Part shown: one piece after another, positions 13,601-26,947 of the stretch
Layout: every line of letters begins with the position of its first letter
Position numbering within the stretch: position 1 is the first letter of the stretch
Assembly (NCBI GenBank): GCA_028023455.1
Contig: JAQFVV010000007.1
Location: 8,494,001-8,558,000 of the forward strand
From: Epiperipatus broadwayi
Taxonomy: Eukaryota > Animalia > Onychophora
DNA length: 64,000 nt
Reading direction: 5' to 3'
Translations under genes and position numbers: made by a program
The notes under the pieces: model-generated
Seen by the model: only the letters and a program-made list of their open reading frames with translations
Database searches by the model: none
What the model was told of the DNA's origin: nothing

Positions 13601-14122
13601 GAGAGACAATGTCTTCTCTAACTCTACTTACTGATGTACATTCCTGACAGTATAGTATTTTGTGTTGTCGTATTTTCATGCTACATTGAATACATAAATG
13701 TATCAGATGGATTGGCACCGGTTTGACTAAGAACTTTTGGCCTAAGGTTAAATAAGGGAAAGACTATTTTCTTTTCAAATGCAGATCTATGTAGTCGATT
13801 CATACTCGACCCTCTAAATAAAATATTAAACTCATTGCAATCTATTTAAATGTAAAATTAAAGATTAATATAGAAATCTAAAATGTTAAACTTATTCCTC
13901 AAATTTAGAATGATTTTATATGTGCGTAAGTAAATATTTTTATTTGTTAATTTCTGGCGGTGGCTTTTATTTATTTATATTTAAAATATAAATTAAGATA
14001 TAGAGTATTATCTCTGTGTTTCCACTGAGCTAGTGACTTGGGCTAATGATCTGAATATTTAAATAAAGTGGAATCTTAACTGTGCATATCTGCCTACTTT
14101 ATAAATTTTTCTAGGCTCAAAT

Positions 14123-14135
14123 GCCTAGATGGCGC
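14123..14135 (+). promoter_or_regulatory. CTCF-like motif in a CpG-retaining patch
   Basis: GCCTAGATGGCGC matches the 3' part of the CCACYAGRKGGCGC consensus; sequence match only. Confidence 0.25.
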
Positions 14136-15222
14136 CTGTGTAGTGCAGATATCGTAGATGCAGTTAGATTCGATCATCCACCTTCTTTTGGATCGTTATA
14201 ATATATATATTTATAGTCATCTGATTGTTTTACCATTACTGTACTGTATTTTTTATAAATGCATCTTATTTACTTTTGTCAGATACTTTTAATGACATCT
14301 TAATGGCTATAGAGTACCCTACATGGTTTAGTGCAGACTGGTAGATTCTGGAACCCTTATGGTTTGTAACCAAGAAATTGGCAAACTCTAGTGCATGGAA
14401 ATCCTACAAATTTTCAAATCATAAACAATTTTATTATTTATACTTATTTTATTAAAATTAGAATTAAAATGAGAAACTGGATTGAACATATACTAAGAAG
14501 GAAGAATAGATTAATGAGAGATCTTTAGGAAATAGAATCAAGGAGAAATGTTAGAGAACACTGATCTTCTTGATATGACATGGGAAGGGATATATAAAAT
14601 TGTTGATTTGGGAAATGGATAGAACATAGCAGAGAAATGGATAAATTAGCTGTGTGACTGCTCTATGGGCCTGCACATAGGACAGAGTCCTATTGATTGA
14701 TTAATTGATTTAAATGAAAATGTATAATATAGGTGTATTGTCAGTAGTAACTGCCACTTACAAATGATATTGCCATAGCAACTCTAAGAAAAAGAAATAA
14801 AAATGCAAGTAACTCATAGAAAATATCAATTTATAAGGATTTGATATTTTTTATAATTCTGTTTGTAATTGTGTGTGAAAATTAATTTATTATTTCTATC
14901 AGTGTAAAGATCACCTTGAAAATTTTATCTGGTAAATCAAAATTTTGAACAACACTTATTTGGATTATCAGTATTCTACTTATTAGTATTGCTGAAAAAT
15001 AAAAAAACAAATTTTATTGGTAATTTTATTAGGGATTTACATTTACATAATATCTAAAGTAATGTTCTTTGATAGAGATGTTAGTTTATTTACTACTTTT
15101 AATGAAAACTATTACTTAAAATTTAAAAAAGCCCATTAATACTGCTGTTAATAATTAGAAAGTGCTTTATTTGAAAAAGGCACTGCTGGATCTTCAATTT
15201 TCTGTTGCTCTCCAGTACTTAC

Positions 15223-15294
15223 TGTACTGTGATTTTGCCAATTTTGTTTATTTTGGTAGCAGAAAATGATATGATTTATTAGTTCAAACAAAAT
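15223..15294 (-). other. Candidate 72-bp exon
   Basis: Acceptor TTTTCTTCAG|, donor |GTAAGT, open frame ILFELINHIIFCYQNKQNWQNHST. I found no in-phase neighbouring exon. Confidence 0.3.
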
Positions 15295-16179
15295 CTGAAG
15301 AAAACAAATCTACAAAATTCTACTGATAAAATAAACATTAAAATAGAGCACTTATGAAGGTAACTATCTCAGTTGTTTTATTCTTAATGATCAGCAAAAA
15401 ATTTCCTTGTTTTCATACTTCAATTAATTATTTATGATTATTTTTATATAATATTTGCATAATATTTATTTAAAACAAATATATATATTCTTAAATTTAT
15501 TTTATTTGAATATGATGTATTCTTAAAACTATAAGGTAAATTCAAACGTAACAGTAAACTATGGTAGAAACTTTGTTAAAGCTTTTTTAAAACTTTTTAA
15601 TATGGTGATCCACAATGCTTATAATATTTCAAAAATTATAAATGCAATTTTAAATTTTAGAACAGAATTTGAATTCAGATTTACTCATCCAAATTTTTTT
15701 AAAAAGTTCATTCAACAAAGATTTTGTTTTCATTAGTTGAACTGACTTGGTTTTACACCATGCAATCAAAAAAAACACAGTTTTCATTGTGTGTTTTTCA
15801 TTTACAACTTTATATTTCTAACAAATAAAGTTCAATTTATTAAATTCAAATACAGAACAAGAATAAGAGTTTAATATTAAAATCAAATGATAAATGATTA
15901 AATAAATTGCCACTACGTGAAGCAATGAAAATATTTTTATTGATTAACACATTCAAATAAAGAGCAAGCTTTTCATAATTTTTTAGGTATTTGATGCATT
16001 ACAATGGCACTGTTATCATTTTGGGCTTTTTTTTATTTTCCAACTATAATATTAGTTTATCATACACATTTTTGTGCAAAAAAAATATTTTTAAAATTAT
16101 TAGTTTAAAAAAATATCTGAAGATGTCAGTATTATACAGATTTCATATATAATAATAAAATGAAAATAAAATATAAAAT

Positions 16180-16960
16180 GAAAATGTTTGGTAGATTGCA
16201 GTTTATGGATAATAAAGGAATGGCCAGAATAGTATTTAATTGGGTTATGAGTAAAGAGGCAGACAACAAGATGGGTGAGAAAGGTAATGTAGTATGCAAA
16301 AGATTTGGATAAAGAATTTATATCAGTATATTTGTACAAAAGATGGGATGATTGTGTTAGGAGATTTGTTGAGTGCTATAGTGGTAAGAAATGGAATAAA
16401 AGAATAGATTCATTAATAAAGAATAGGGAGTTAGAGAGATGGAGAACCAGTATGGGGAGTAAAAAGAGTTTAAATATATATAGAAGTAAATAGAACATTA
16501 GGTGTGAGTTAATGTATGATAATAGTAAAAAAGTAGTTTATTGTTTAAAGCTCAAATGGAATCTTTATTAACAAGAGAATATACATATAAATGCAAAAAT
16601 GTGATTTAGTCTGTAAATTGTATAAAGAAAGAATAGAAAATATTAGGCATTTGTTAATTGAATGTAAATGCTTGAAAACAGAAAGGGTACAAATAATGAA
16701 GTTATGGAAAAAATAAATATGAAAAAAATGATTATACAGAAAGTGGATTATTGGTTTTTATGCTGGGTTTGGGAAAGGATAAGGGGGATTCAGATATAAA
16801 GGCCATAGAATTGACAAAGATTATGTAGTAAAAATGGGATGGAGCAGAATAAGGAAAACTTAAAGTGGGGATTGGAAGGTAAAGTGGCTAATAGGTTTCT
16901 CTGGGCATTGTTGCTGTGAGATTCTTGACTTTGTTTAAGAAGAACTCACAGTACATCACA
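16180..16960 (+). mobile_element. Non-LTR retrotransposon 3' remnant with C-terminal CCHC-type motif
   Basis: Interrupted translation WRTSMGSKKSLNIYRSK..ELMYDNSKK..LLFKA...CKLYKERIENIRHLLIECKC. It is purine-rich on the sense strand with several stops. Confidence 0.65.
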
Positions 16961-17644
16961 TCACAATACAAAATATCAGTTAAATATGAATATGAAAGCA
17001 AACTAAGATTGTTGTGATTGGTTGTGTCATAATACAAAAAAACTGACAGCATCACTGATTTGTAGATTATTCAGCTCCAAAATTTCAGAGCATGTTTTAT
17101 TCTTTTAGTATTTCTCAAAAAAATTTGCAATTTTCAGTAATTAACTTATATAGTTAAGCTTATTTGTGTAACATATATGAAAAATATTTATTTTCAATCA
17201 AAAAACCTATATATTAGAATTAGATTTTATTTGATAGTTTCGTTTTTTAAGAAATCAAATCATAAAAAGATAATTGTGGTAAAATGAAAGCTTTTTTAAT
17301 TGGCAACAAGAATTGCTTTCATACGTGCTGATCAAGAAATTTTTTGTGAAGTTTTAATACGTTTAATTTTGAAGTTTATGGCGGAATATTTTTATTCTTT
17401 TATGATATCTCCACTAGAGTTATTTTCTTTTTTAAAAATTGAATTCAAAAATTTCCCTCAATAATGTTTTTGAATAGATAATATTACAGACGAAAACAAA
17501 AAGAGAAAATATGACCCAAATAATCACTAGGGTCATTAGAAAAAAAGTGGTAAATACTGGACTTTAAAGGAGGTAGAGTAAAGTGCACTTATAGGCTTAA
17601 AATCTGGTTGTTGAATAAATACACAGTAGTTTGATCCACACAGA

Positions 17645-18090
17645 AGCAAAATGCTCTGTACAGTAATGCCACTCAATGCAATCCAGAATAATCAATGGAT
17701 GAGTGAAGGTTTGTATAAAGTCCCTATTTAGTGCTTACTCATGCAATATCCCTAGACTTGTTTCTAGCTTGTCATTTTTATTAAAATAACCTTGGATTTG
17801 AGAGCACTGTGCCTAGATTTTAGGATCTAATGCAACCCTCCAGCAGCCACTTTTTACCTTATTAGATAACTATTAGATTCAAAGCTTCTCACTGATGGAT
17901 GCAATAGGCTAGAAACGAGTCTGGGAGTATTGGATGAGTAGGCACTAGGTAGGGATTTTATGCACAAACTTCCTACATCCATGGATTCATCTGGCTTTCA
18001 CTGAGTGGCACTATTATATGGAGAGTTTGTTACTCTTTAAACAACTTGTATAAGCATAGAAAATATTGATCATGTGATGTTTAGTAATTT
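17645..18090. repeat. Family C HHR repeat locus: minus copy then plus copy
   Basis: 17645-17880 is the reverse complement of the monomer. 17881-18090 is plus, with CTGATGG..GCTAGAAACGAGTCTGGG at 17892-17925. Confidence 0.8.
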
Positions 18091-18622
18091 GATCCACAAT
18101 ATTAAAATAATCTAATGATTTCTTGTTAGAGAGTTATTAAAAAGTTTGAGCATTGAAAGTGATCAAGCTGGGCTACAATCAATGGAATCCCTCCCCCCCA
18201 TTCGCTGCCAATATATTATTGAATCAAACCAGGTAATAAATCATACAAAATTTAAATATATGTATTGCATGATGAGTGAAAAACATCAACAAATGTAAAA
18301 ATATTTGCAACTATTCTTTTTATCTCAAGCATAAAACATAATTGTTATCGAAATAAAACAAATAAATTATGCATGCAGCATACAATAACATAACAACTTT
18401 ATAAATGCAAAAGATATAAAATGAATGAATATTACAAACCATTATAATGTGTTCTTATATCTCAAATGTGAATTCATATCACCAAATAGCCAATACATAA
18501 TTTAAAAGCAGTGCTACTAAAGAAAATCAACACAAAGAAAGTATTTACTGTGATGAAATGAAATTGCATTTGGTTTAAAACTTATTAGTTATTCATCAAT
18601 ATTTTAACAAAAATGATCCAAT

Positions 18623-19920
18623 AAAACTATTACATGATCATGATTTCCCATGTTTGCACAAGCTGTTAATACAGTGAACATACACCATACAGTAGTGCCA
18701 CCTAATGCAATCCATAGTAATCAATGGATTCAAAAAGATTTGTGCATAAAATCCCTATTTAGTGCCCACTCATTCAAATCCTCAGACAAATTTTTATCTT
18801 GCGGCTTTCATCAGTGAAAAGCATTGGAGCTTAGAGCACTGCGCAAGCTTTCATCAGTGAAAAGCATTGGAGCTTAGAGCACTGCATCTAAATTTCAGGA
18901 TTCAATGCAAACCTCTAGACACCATCTTTTACTTTTTTAGTTAACTATAAAGCTATATGTTCAAAATAAAAAAAAAACCACAATAATGTTTTCAATCCAA
19001 ATTCATTCACTTGTATAATCATATAAATCTGAAATCAGTTCAGACTCTACACATTTAATGTCTTTGGTTCTTTAATAACCATAGCCACCATTATCCTATG
19101 GGTAGGAATGGTATTAAACCACTAAACATCCCATGATCATTATTTACTATACTTATACAAGTTGTTAGAACAGAAGCAAAACTCTCCATACAGTAGAGCC
19201 ACCCAATGCATGCCAGAATAATTAAGGGATTCAAGAATTGTGCATAAAATCCCTATCAGCAACTACTCATTTAATATCCCCAGAATCATTTCTAGCATGT
19301 GACTTTCATTAGTGAGGTGCCTTGGTTATAAGAGCACTTCACCTAGATCTTGGGATCTAATGCAACCCTGCAACAACCACCTTTTACTGATTTAGTTAAC
19401 TATAAAGCTATGAATTCAAAATGAAAGTATTTTTTTTAATTCAAGCTCATTTGCTGATATGTACCCAGTTTGTAACTATAGTCATCATCATCCCATGGTC
19501 AGGAATGGTTTTAAACCACTAAACATCACATGATCACTATTTCCTACGCTAACACCATTCCTACCCATAGGATAATGGTAATTATAGTTATCAATGAATT
19601 AAAAACACCAAAGTATATAGATATTGAACTGAGTTCATATCTATATGGATATACAAGCTAGAATTAAAAACATTATGTTTTTATTTTGGACACATAGCTT
19701 TATAGTAACTAAAAAGGTAAAAAATGGCTGTTGGAGCTGGAATGTTACATTAGATTTTAAGTTCTAGTTGCAATGCTCTCAGTTCCAAAAATTGTGAAAG
19801 CCACAAGCTAAAAAATAATCTGGGGATATTGGATTAGTAGGCATAAGATAAGAATTTTATGCACAAACCTTCTTGCATCCATTAATTGCTCTGGCTTACA
19901 TTGGATGGCACTTGTTTTAA
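18623..19920. repeat. Family C array: two tandem minus monomers then one plus monomer
   Basis: Minus HHR cores lie at 18808-18814 (locally duplicated at 18851) and 19306-19312. The inversion junction is near 19550. The plus copy has GAAAGCCACAAGCTAAAAAATAATCTGGGGATATTGG at ~19796-19832. Confidence 0.85.
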
Positions 19921-21100
19921 AATTCACATTCTATGTGTCAAAAAAAAGTAATGCCCTGAGCTCTATAATACAATGGTTGGCCATTGATTTCAAAGGCCAA
20001 AAGTACTTGGATTGAAATTCTACATATCATTCTGCTGCTCACATATCCAATGCCAATTTCACCACTAGGTGATGATCATCTAGGGGTACCAAGATTTTGT
20101 AAATTATACCATTAATGATATTTTAGAAAATCATAAATATCAAAATGTTTGAGCATATAAAAGTAATTTGCCTTTGGTCAGCAATTGTATCTAGTCCTCA
20201 TCAGTGATCATGCCATCAGTGTCCTCATCAGTGATAATGGCATCAGTGATTCAGCTGTCAATGTATGCTGATAACAAAAAAAAGTCCATAAGTCCAATTT
20301 AAAGACTCAAATAAAATTATAACATGTTGAATTTTGGAGCAAATTCACATGCTGACATCATGACATCAGTTCAGAGTCATATTTTTATGCTCAATCATCA
20401 CCAAATCTTTACATTTGTCAGCCTGTGTTTCAGCCAGATAGCAACTGCATGCTCTTGAATCTTTCACTAATTGTTTTTGGTAAGTTTTGTATTTAAGATG
20501 CAATAATTTTATTCCCATATAGATTTAAACATATATGTAAGTTAAACCACTAAACATCACATGATTACCATTCTTATGCTTTCTCATAACTGTTATTAAA
20601 ACAGGCAAAACTCTCCATAGAGTAGTATCACTCAGTGCAAATCAGAGTAATAAATGGATGCCTGTAGACTTGTGCATAAAATCCCTATCAAGTCCCTAAC
20701 ACATTCAATATCCCCAGAATAGTTTCTAGCTTGTAGCTTACATCACTGAGAAGCTTTGGGTCTGAGTGCACTGCACCTAGATCTTAGGATCTAATGCAAC
20801 CCTCCAGCAGCCACCTTTTATCTTTGCTTAACTACAAAACTATGAGTCTAAAATTTGAAAACACAATAATATTTTCAATCCAAGCACATTGGCTTATATT
20901 GTCATATAAGACTGAACTCAATTCAGTGCCCATACATTTTAGTGTCTTTGGTTCTTTAATAACCATTGCAACCAGTATCCTATTAGGCAGGATTGGTGTT
21001 AAACCACTAAACATCACATGACCACCATTTCTTATGCTTGCTCCTGCTGGAGAGTTGCATTAGATCATAAAATATAAGTTCAGTGCTCTGAGATCCACAG

Positions 21101-21152
21101 CTCATCACTGATGAAAGCCACAAGCTAGAAACTAGTCTGGGGATATTGAATA
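21101..21152 (+). ncRNA. Type I hammerhead ribozyme motif, family C
   Basis: CTGATGA(21108)-AAGC CACAA GCTA-GAAA-CTAG-TC-TGGGGATATTG. The core is complete with a palindromic ACTAGT stem III; the 5' strand of stem I is degenerate. Confidence 0.75.
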
Positions 21153-21538
21153 AGCAGCCAGTAGATAGGGATTTATGGACAAGCCTGCTTGAATCCATTG
21201 ATTACTCTGCAGAGTGGCACTACTGTATGGAAAGTTTTGCCTGTTTTAATAACAGTTATGAGTAAGCATAAGAAATAGTGATCATGTAATATTTAGTGGT
21301 TTAACACCAATCCTGCCTAATAAGGTAGTGGTAGCTATGGTTATTAAAGAACCAAAGTCACCAAAATGTATGGATACTGAACTGATTCCAGACCTATATG
21401 ACTATATAAGCTAATGAGCTTGGATTAAAAATATTGTGTTTTCAATTTTAGACTCATAGTTTTGCAGTTAAGTAAAGTTAAAGGTAGCTGTTGAGGGTTG
21501 CCTTTTATCCTAAGATCTAGGTGCAGTGCTCTCAAATC

Positions 21539-21593
21539 CAATATTCCTCACTGATGAAAGCCACAAGCTAGAAATTAGTCTGGGGATATTGGA
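21539..21593 (+). ncRNA. Type I hammerhead ribozyme motif, family C (best-preserved copy)
   Basis: TCCAATATTCCTCA-CTGATGA(21551)-AAGC CACAA GCTA-GAAA-TTAG-TC-TGGGGATATTGGA. The 5' and 3' flanks pair as stem I (TCCAATAT/ATATTGGA and CCTCA/TGGGG). The predicted cleavage triplet is GUC. Confidence 0.8.
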
Positions 21594-23850
21594 TGAATAG
21601 GCAATGGATAGGGATTTTATGCACAAGCCTTCTAGCATCCACTGATTATTCTGGCTTGCACTGAGTGGCAATATGTATGGAAAGTTTTGCCTGTTTTAAT
21701 ATATATTAAAGATAGAATTGTTGATTACATTTTTTTTAAATGTTTTAATATTATTTTGCCTATGAACATGAAATATGATTGGACTGGTTCTGCTAGTATT
21801 ACTGACTGTTTAATAAAAATTGATGATAAACATCATTTTGCCTTTGTAACAATGAGTTGCAATGAGATACAGTATTGTGGAAGCTTGTATTGAATGTTAT
21901 CACATGACCCATTGTATTAAATGTTATCACATGACCTATTCAACATAAATCATAGTTTTGTGCTCATCTACCTTAATAAGAGAGAAAACTCCATTATGTA
22001 GTAGTAGAATGGCAAACTCTGGATCTCAAGATATATGGATCATAGCTATACCCTGTTACTTCTGATGCTTGAATTTCTCAAGAATATTCAAGCAATAAAA
22101 CATTTGCTTATTATTACTATTTAGGTAGAAGACTGTTACATCATACTATAAATGTGGTTTTATGATTGTCAAGGATTAGATTAATCTAGTCTATTCTTTT
22201 AGATTCATTACTGCAAAGATACCTATTCCAGCCAACTTATAATCTGACTGTTATTACCAAGTAGATATCTCGAGACTTTATTCTAGACTTGAATCTCAGA
22301 TCATGGAAGAAAGGCCAGCCAGTATGCTAAACCGTACTCTATGAAAATCCTATTAAATTTATGACAACATAAGGAATGGGGGAGTGGAATTTTTAATAAA
22401 ATATATATGTACAAATTTCTATTTATTTTCCATAATGACTATTCGCTAACCTTAGTTATAGACTTGAGGTTATGCTATAATAAATAATAAAGTCAAATTA
22501 ACTTTTCAAATTGCAATTGAATTTTATTCTAGCTTTATATTGGAAAAAGCTGCGTAACGCTGCCAGCTACACTAACGATTGGAAAGTTCGGAGAAAGTTC
22601 TACAAATTATATTATTCATATAACCAACAGCGAAACAAAAAAAAAAAAAGAACAGAATTTTTTATAGATAAATAAAAAAAAATGTATTGAAAAAAAGTGA
22701 AATCAAAATTAATTTAAAACATAATCCAAATATAGTCTGGTTTGCATATCACATGATCAAAAATCGACCGAAAACTATCTATAAAAATATTTCTGCATAA
22801 AAGAGTCATTTTCTAAAAAATGAATAAATTTTGGAAAATCGCTATCGTATATAGTATATGCGTTAATATATATAACTGCAACATAGATCAGATTAATCTA
22901 GATTAGTATTTAATCATTGTCTCGGATAAAAATAACTAGATAATCTTTTAATCAACAGCATCAAATAAATATCTGGAATAGCAATATTCCAATTACTTGA
23001 GTATTTCTCAGATCTAAATTTGAACCTTAGATCATAAGTGTAGTAGGCAACTACGCTAAACACAATTTCAAGATAGCGTTATTAAATTTTGCGATAAGTG
23101 AATAATTGATTTTTATTCAAAAGCATTTTTATATACTTTTTAATCAGAATCACAGTCGCAAATAAACAGAATGAATTAGTAAATTCTCTATGTCGATATG
23201 TTTTGACCCACCTTTATAATGCCCTGCACGGTTTCATGCAGCGGTAAAATGAAAGGCTTCGGAGTTTTGGGTCTTTAGATGGATTCCAGCTTCTGGAATT
23301 TGAACTGTCAAGTAATAATGCCATGATTATTTAACTTACTTGGTATAGAAATCACAAAACTCATTTCTAGTGTAGTATTTATATATATATTTCTATTAAA
23401 GTACAAATGACTATACTTGTTTTCAAATGATTGATGATGAAAACATTATATGTGTGGTGTAAATTACATTAGTATTTTATTTTATTTTTCTAACATAAAA
23501 ATGATCATTACACTAGACATCAATTGACTACCCTGCAACTATGCATAATGCATTGTTGGATAAAAGATTGGTAGAAATTATCATCATCATCAGTCTAAAA
23601 ATAAAATCTGATGTCAGTTTTTATTTCTTTCTATTAGATCAATACCATGCAGCAAAATAAATGAACATTACATGGCAATATGATCAAAAATACCTGATTT
23701 CAACCAATCAGATATATCTGGTGAATCTGTGGTTTAATCTTCATTTCTTTTACTGGCCTTTATCTGCTAGATTTCTTTGGAATTGAAGACATCCCCCCCC
23801 CCCTAATAATTCCATGCTTTTGTCTTTTTCTTTTTTATCTTATTGTTCAG

Positions 23851-23891
23851 ATTAACAGTCTGAAGTTTTCAAATGTTCCAAAGTTTTGAAT
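23851..23891 (+). other. Candidate small exon, probably non-coding
   Basis: A long polypyrimidine tract ending TTCAG precedes it and GTAAGT follows. All three frames read from the acceptor contain stops. Confidence 0.35.
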
Positions 23892-24980
23892 GTAAGTTTG
23901 TTTTGTAGGTACATATGAAGAATCACAAAGTAAGAAAATATAGTTTAATAGTTATAAATTATTTGCAAGCATATTTAATCTTCTTGAGAAAAAAAAAGTT
24001 GTTTTTTTTTTTAAAAAAAAAACAAAACTAAAGTGATTATATAAAAAATTTGACTTGAGCTCAAAAATTAAAGGGTTTAAACATTTAGGTGTTTAGTGTA
24101 GAATAAAACAAAAAGGTATTTATTAGAAAAGTTATGTTTCAGTTTACATTGATGGTCAAATCACAATAATATGAGCAATGATATTGTTAATTTCTCATCT
24201 TTTATCTACATTATTATGTTCCTCTCACTAGTAATAATTTCACAAAGTTGTACAATGCAAGATCTTTGTCAATTTTTCTCATTATGTCATATCTCACCTT
24301 GCGTTCAAATAATAGACTAGTCCAGATTACACCTCACTTAGATTGGATTGAGCATTCATTATCATGAAACTAACACATAGTCAATAATAAGAATGAATCA
24401 ATAAATGATGATCTGGCAATAAATAGTCAGTCTTTTTAAAGTTATAGTCAGAGAATCATAGAAGTGAAAGACAGAATTCACATTCTCCATACTCGTTCTT
24501 AGAGAATGACTGTCGCAGATTTGAATGTCAGATTCTCTGTTCTCCAATAGTAGTGATTAAGCTAAATGGTTGACACAGTAAAACAAGTCCATATTCAGGA
24601 CTGGAAGTTTCTAAAATCAAACATTGGCATGAACCAAGTGTCATAGTACAGCTGAAAGTGTTATTGGTTTTACTCATGAGGCAGGCTGACAAAATACAGT
24701 TGGAAGTGGTAGAAAACTTATAAGGGTATTTGCACTCCCCTTCTTCCATAGTTCATCTCACAACTAGGAGCTACATTTCACCAACAATAGTAGGCATGGT
24801 ATAGCCATTGTAAAACATATTGTAAATATGTCTGTATATTTGTTTTCACATACATTAATAAATAGAATACTAGAAACTTATTTAACACACTCTTGTATTT
24901 ATATGAGTCTGCGATAATTAAATCACATTTATAATCCAGTCTAAACTTAACACATAGCAAGCACTAAACATGCTACATTA

Positions 24981-25285
24981 GTGTTTTCCTGAATTTGTGA
25001 TGATGATGTTCTAGTTGTCTTTTTATATTGGACTATTTCCATCATCTAATATGTGTATTTAATGTCTTTAGAAAAATTTAACTTTATTTAAATATTCCAA
25101 ATACATTCAACTGTTAGTAATAGCACATTAAACAGGTTAGTATATGCACAACATTTTGAGAGATATTACTCTCCCCTCTTTTTCAGGTATTGTTGCCTGA
25201 CCAGTGATAGTATTAGCATGGGCTTTGAACCTGGATCCTTAGATTCTTGATTATTGAAGGTAATTCTCTAACCAACTGAGCCACA
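24981..25285 (-). mobile_element. Solo copy of the PLE pseudo-LTR (SINE/retrozyme-like)
   Basis: Aligns over ~300 bp to 42610-42915. The reverse complement has GGCTCAGTTGGTTAGAG, CCAGGTTCAAAGCCC and a degenerate HHR CTGAAAAAGAGGGGAGAGTAATATCTCTCAAAATGTTGTGC. No ORF is adjacent. Confidence 0.85.
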
Positions 25286-25929
25286 TATTAGATGATAAAA
25301 TAGTCCAATATAAAAATACAACTATATACTATGGTTAGTTTTTAAAAATTATCTAACCTGATATATAAATCCACTGTAACAGAGGAAGTGGAAATAAAGT
25401 CTACTCTTAAAAATCACATCCAATTTTACCAATGGACATTACATGACTAGTTTAAAGTGTGAAAGCCATATACAATAGTTATAAAAGTGGGGTTATTTTA
25501 ATTTATACTGTTGGTGATCTAATATCTGAACTATATAACTGTATGAGCAAGTTGTTTTAGATTCAAAATATGATATTTTTGAATATTAGACTATTACATG
25601 GTATAAGAAATGGTAAAAGATGGTTGCTAGGAGTAAGGTTCATTAGACCCAGAAGTTGCAGGTATATTAATTTTAAGCTTCTCATTGACATTGGATAGTA
25701 CTACCATTTAGTATTAATTACTTAATCTTACAATAGATGGCTCTGAAGTAGAATAATTATTTTTAAAATGTTATCCATTTTGAAAGGACTACAATAAATT
25801 TTCTAAGCTAAAGTCTGCTATAAAAATTTATCTGTCAGCAATTAAACCTCCATATTATGTTATATTTTCAGTTTATAATTAATCATAGATTATTATAAAA
25901 ATAAACTGCTTTATCCTTTTTTCTTATTA

Positions 25930-26285
25930 ATTATCATCATCATTTTCAAGCACTAGTGATCTTCTAGCATAATCTCTTTTTCAAAATACAGCCAGCAAAC
26001 TCTTTTTATTTCATTTATTCACTTCATGTGTGGTCTCATTATAGGTCTTCTACAATCTCTTGAGATTAAGTTTAAGATTTCATCCTGTCCATTTATTATC
26101 ATCTCTTCTAACAATATACTCACCCTGCCTTTTATTTAATTTCTTAATTTTTTTAGTGAACTCAATGACCCCTGTTTGTTCTTTCATCCATGTATTTCTA
26201 TGAGTAGTCTGAAGTCTCTGTATTACTAGACTATCAAGTGTCCACATCTCACATCCATAAGTAAAACCTGGTGAAATTAGACTTT
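25930..26285 (-). mobile_element. RTE-like LINE remnant
   Basis: The minus strand gives YGCEMWTLDS..IQRLQT...WMKEQTG.IE....IK.RQGEYIVRRDDNKWT. Similar remnants lie at 14460-14710 (+) and 55170-55370 (-). Confidence 0.5.
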
Positions 26286-26947
26286 AGACTGATTTTTAAA
26301 AAAAAAACACTTTTCTAACAGAAAAAATAAAAAAATAAAAATTGTATATATATTCAAATTACAGTAGTAAATTTATTATATATATTTATTTTAACCCTTT
26401 TCCCCCTACATTATACAATATAGAAAACTATCATGAATGAACTCTTTATTTACAGTTCTTGACTTTCTGAGCTTGATCACATGAATAGTTCATTTCTTAA
26501 TTCACATGAAAAATTTGTGTATATTGTATACTGTTGTTCTGTGTGGTTAAGGCTAGTGGCAGAGTATCAGTCTTTGGAGAATGTGCTCCTTAGTTTGATT
26601 CCTGTGTTGGCACTTCCAACACTCATCCTTATGAATTTCTGAGCCATTCTTATTTGTTTTCATTTTACTGCTCATAAAGATGATGAATGATTTCTTCAGT
26701 AAATGATCACATATTTCATCTCTCCTGGAATTGAAGGTGACATTAACTTCAAACAATCTCTCACTGCATCTTTGTTTTGTTCATGCTTATTTAAATTTTA
26801 CATACAGTCAACATGTATGACTATAACATTGGCATTATCAAGGGCTTTGAACATTCCATCATCAGATTTTCAGTGACATAGGAGTTGGAGAATGTAAAGG
26901 ATTGAAACTGTCCATTAATGTGTGTACACTTGCCATCTTAATATAAC

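Larger units (their letters stand above)
20542..21700. repeat. Family C array: one minus monomer then two tandem plus monomers
   Basis: Minus 20542-21043 (degenerate HHR ~20706-20760) and plus 21041-21700. The plus HHR cores at 21108 and 21551 are 443 bp apart. Confidence 0.88.

Noticed and set aside
20190-20250. CTGATGAGGAC twice on the minus strand, resembling a hammerhead start
   Set aside because: No closing stem II, GAAA or NUH follows. It reads better as an acidic coding remnant (ITDEDTDGMITDED), possibly piggyBac-like, but is too decayed to call.
17645-21700. Regularly recurring motifs as a CRISPR-like array
   Set aside because: Whole ~445-bp monomers are homologous, there are no unique spacers, and the context is eukaryotic.
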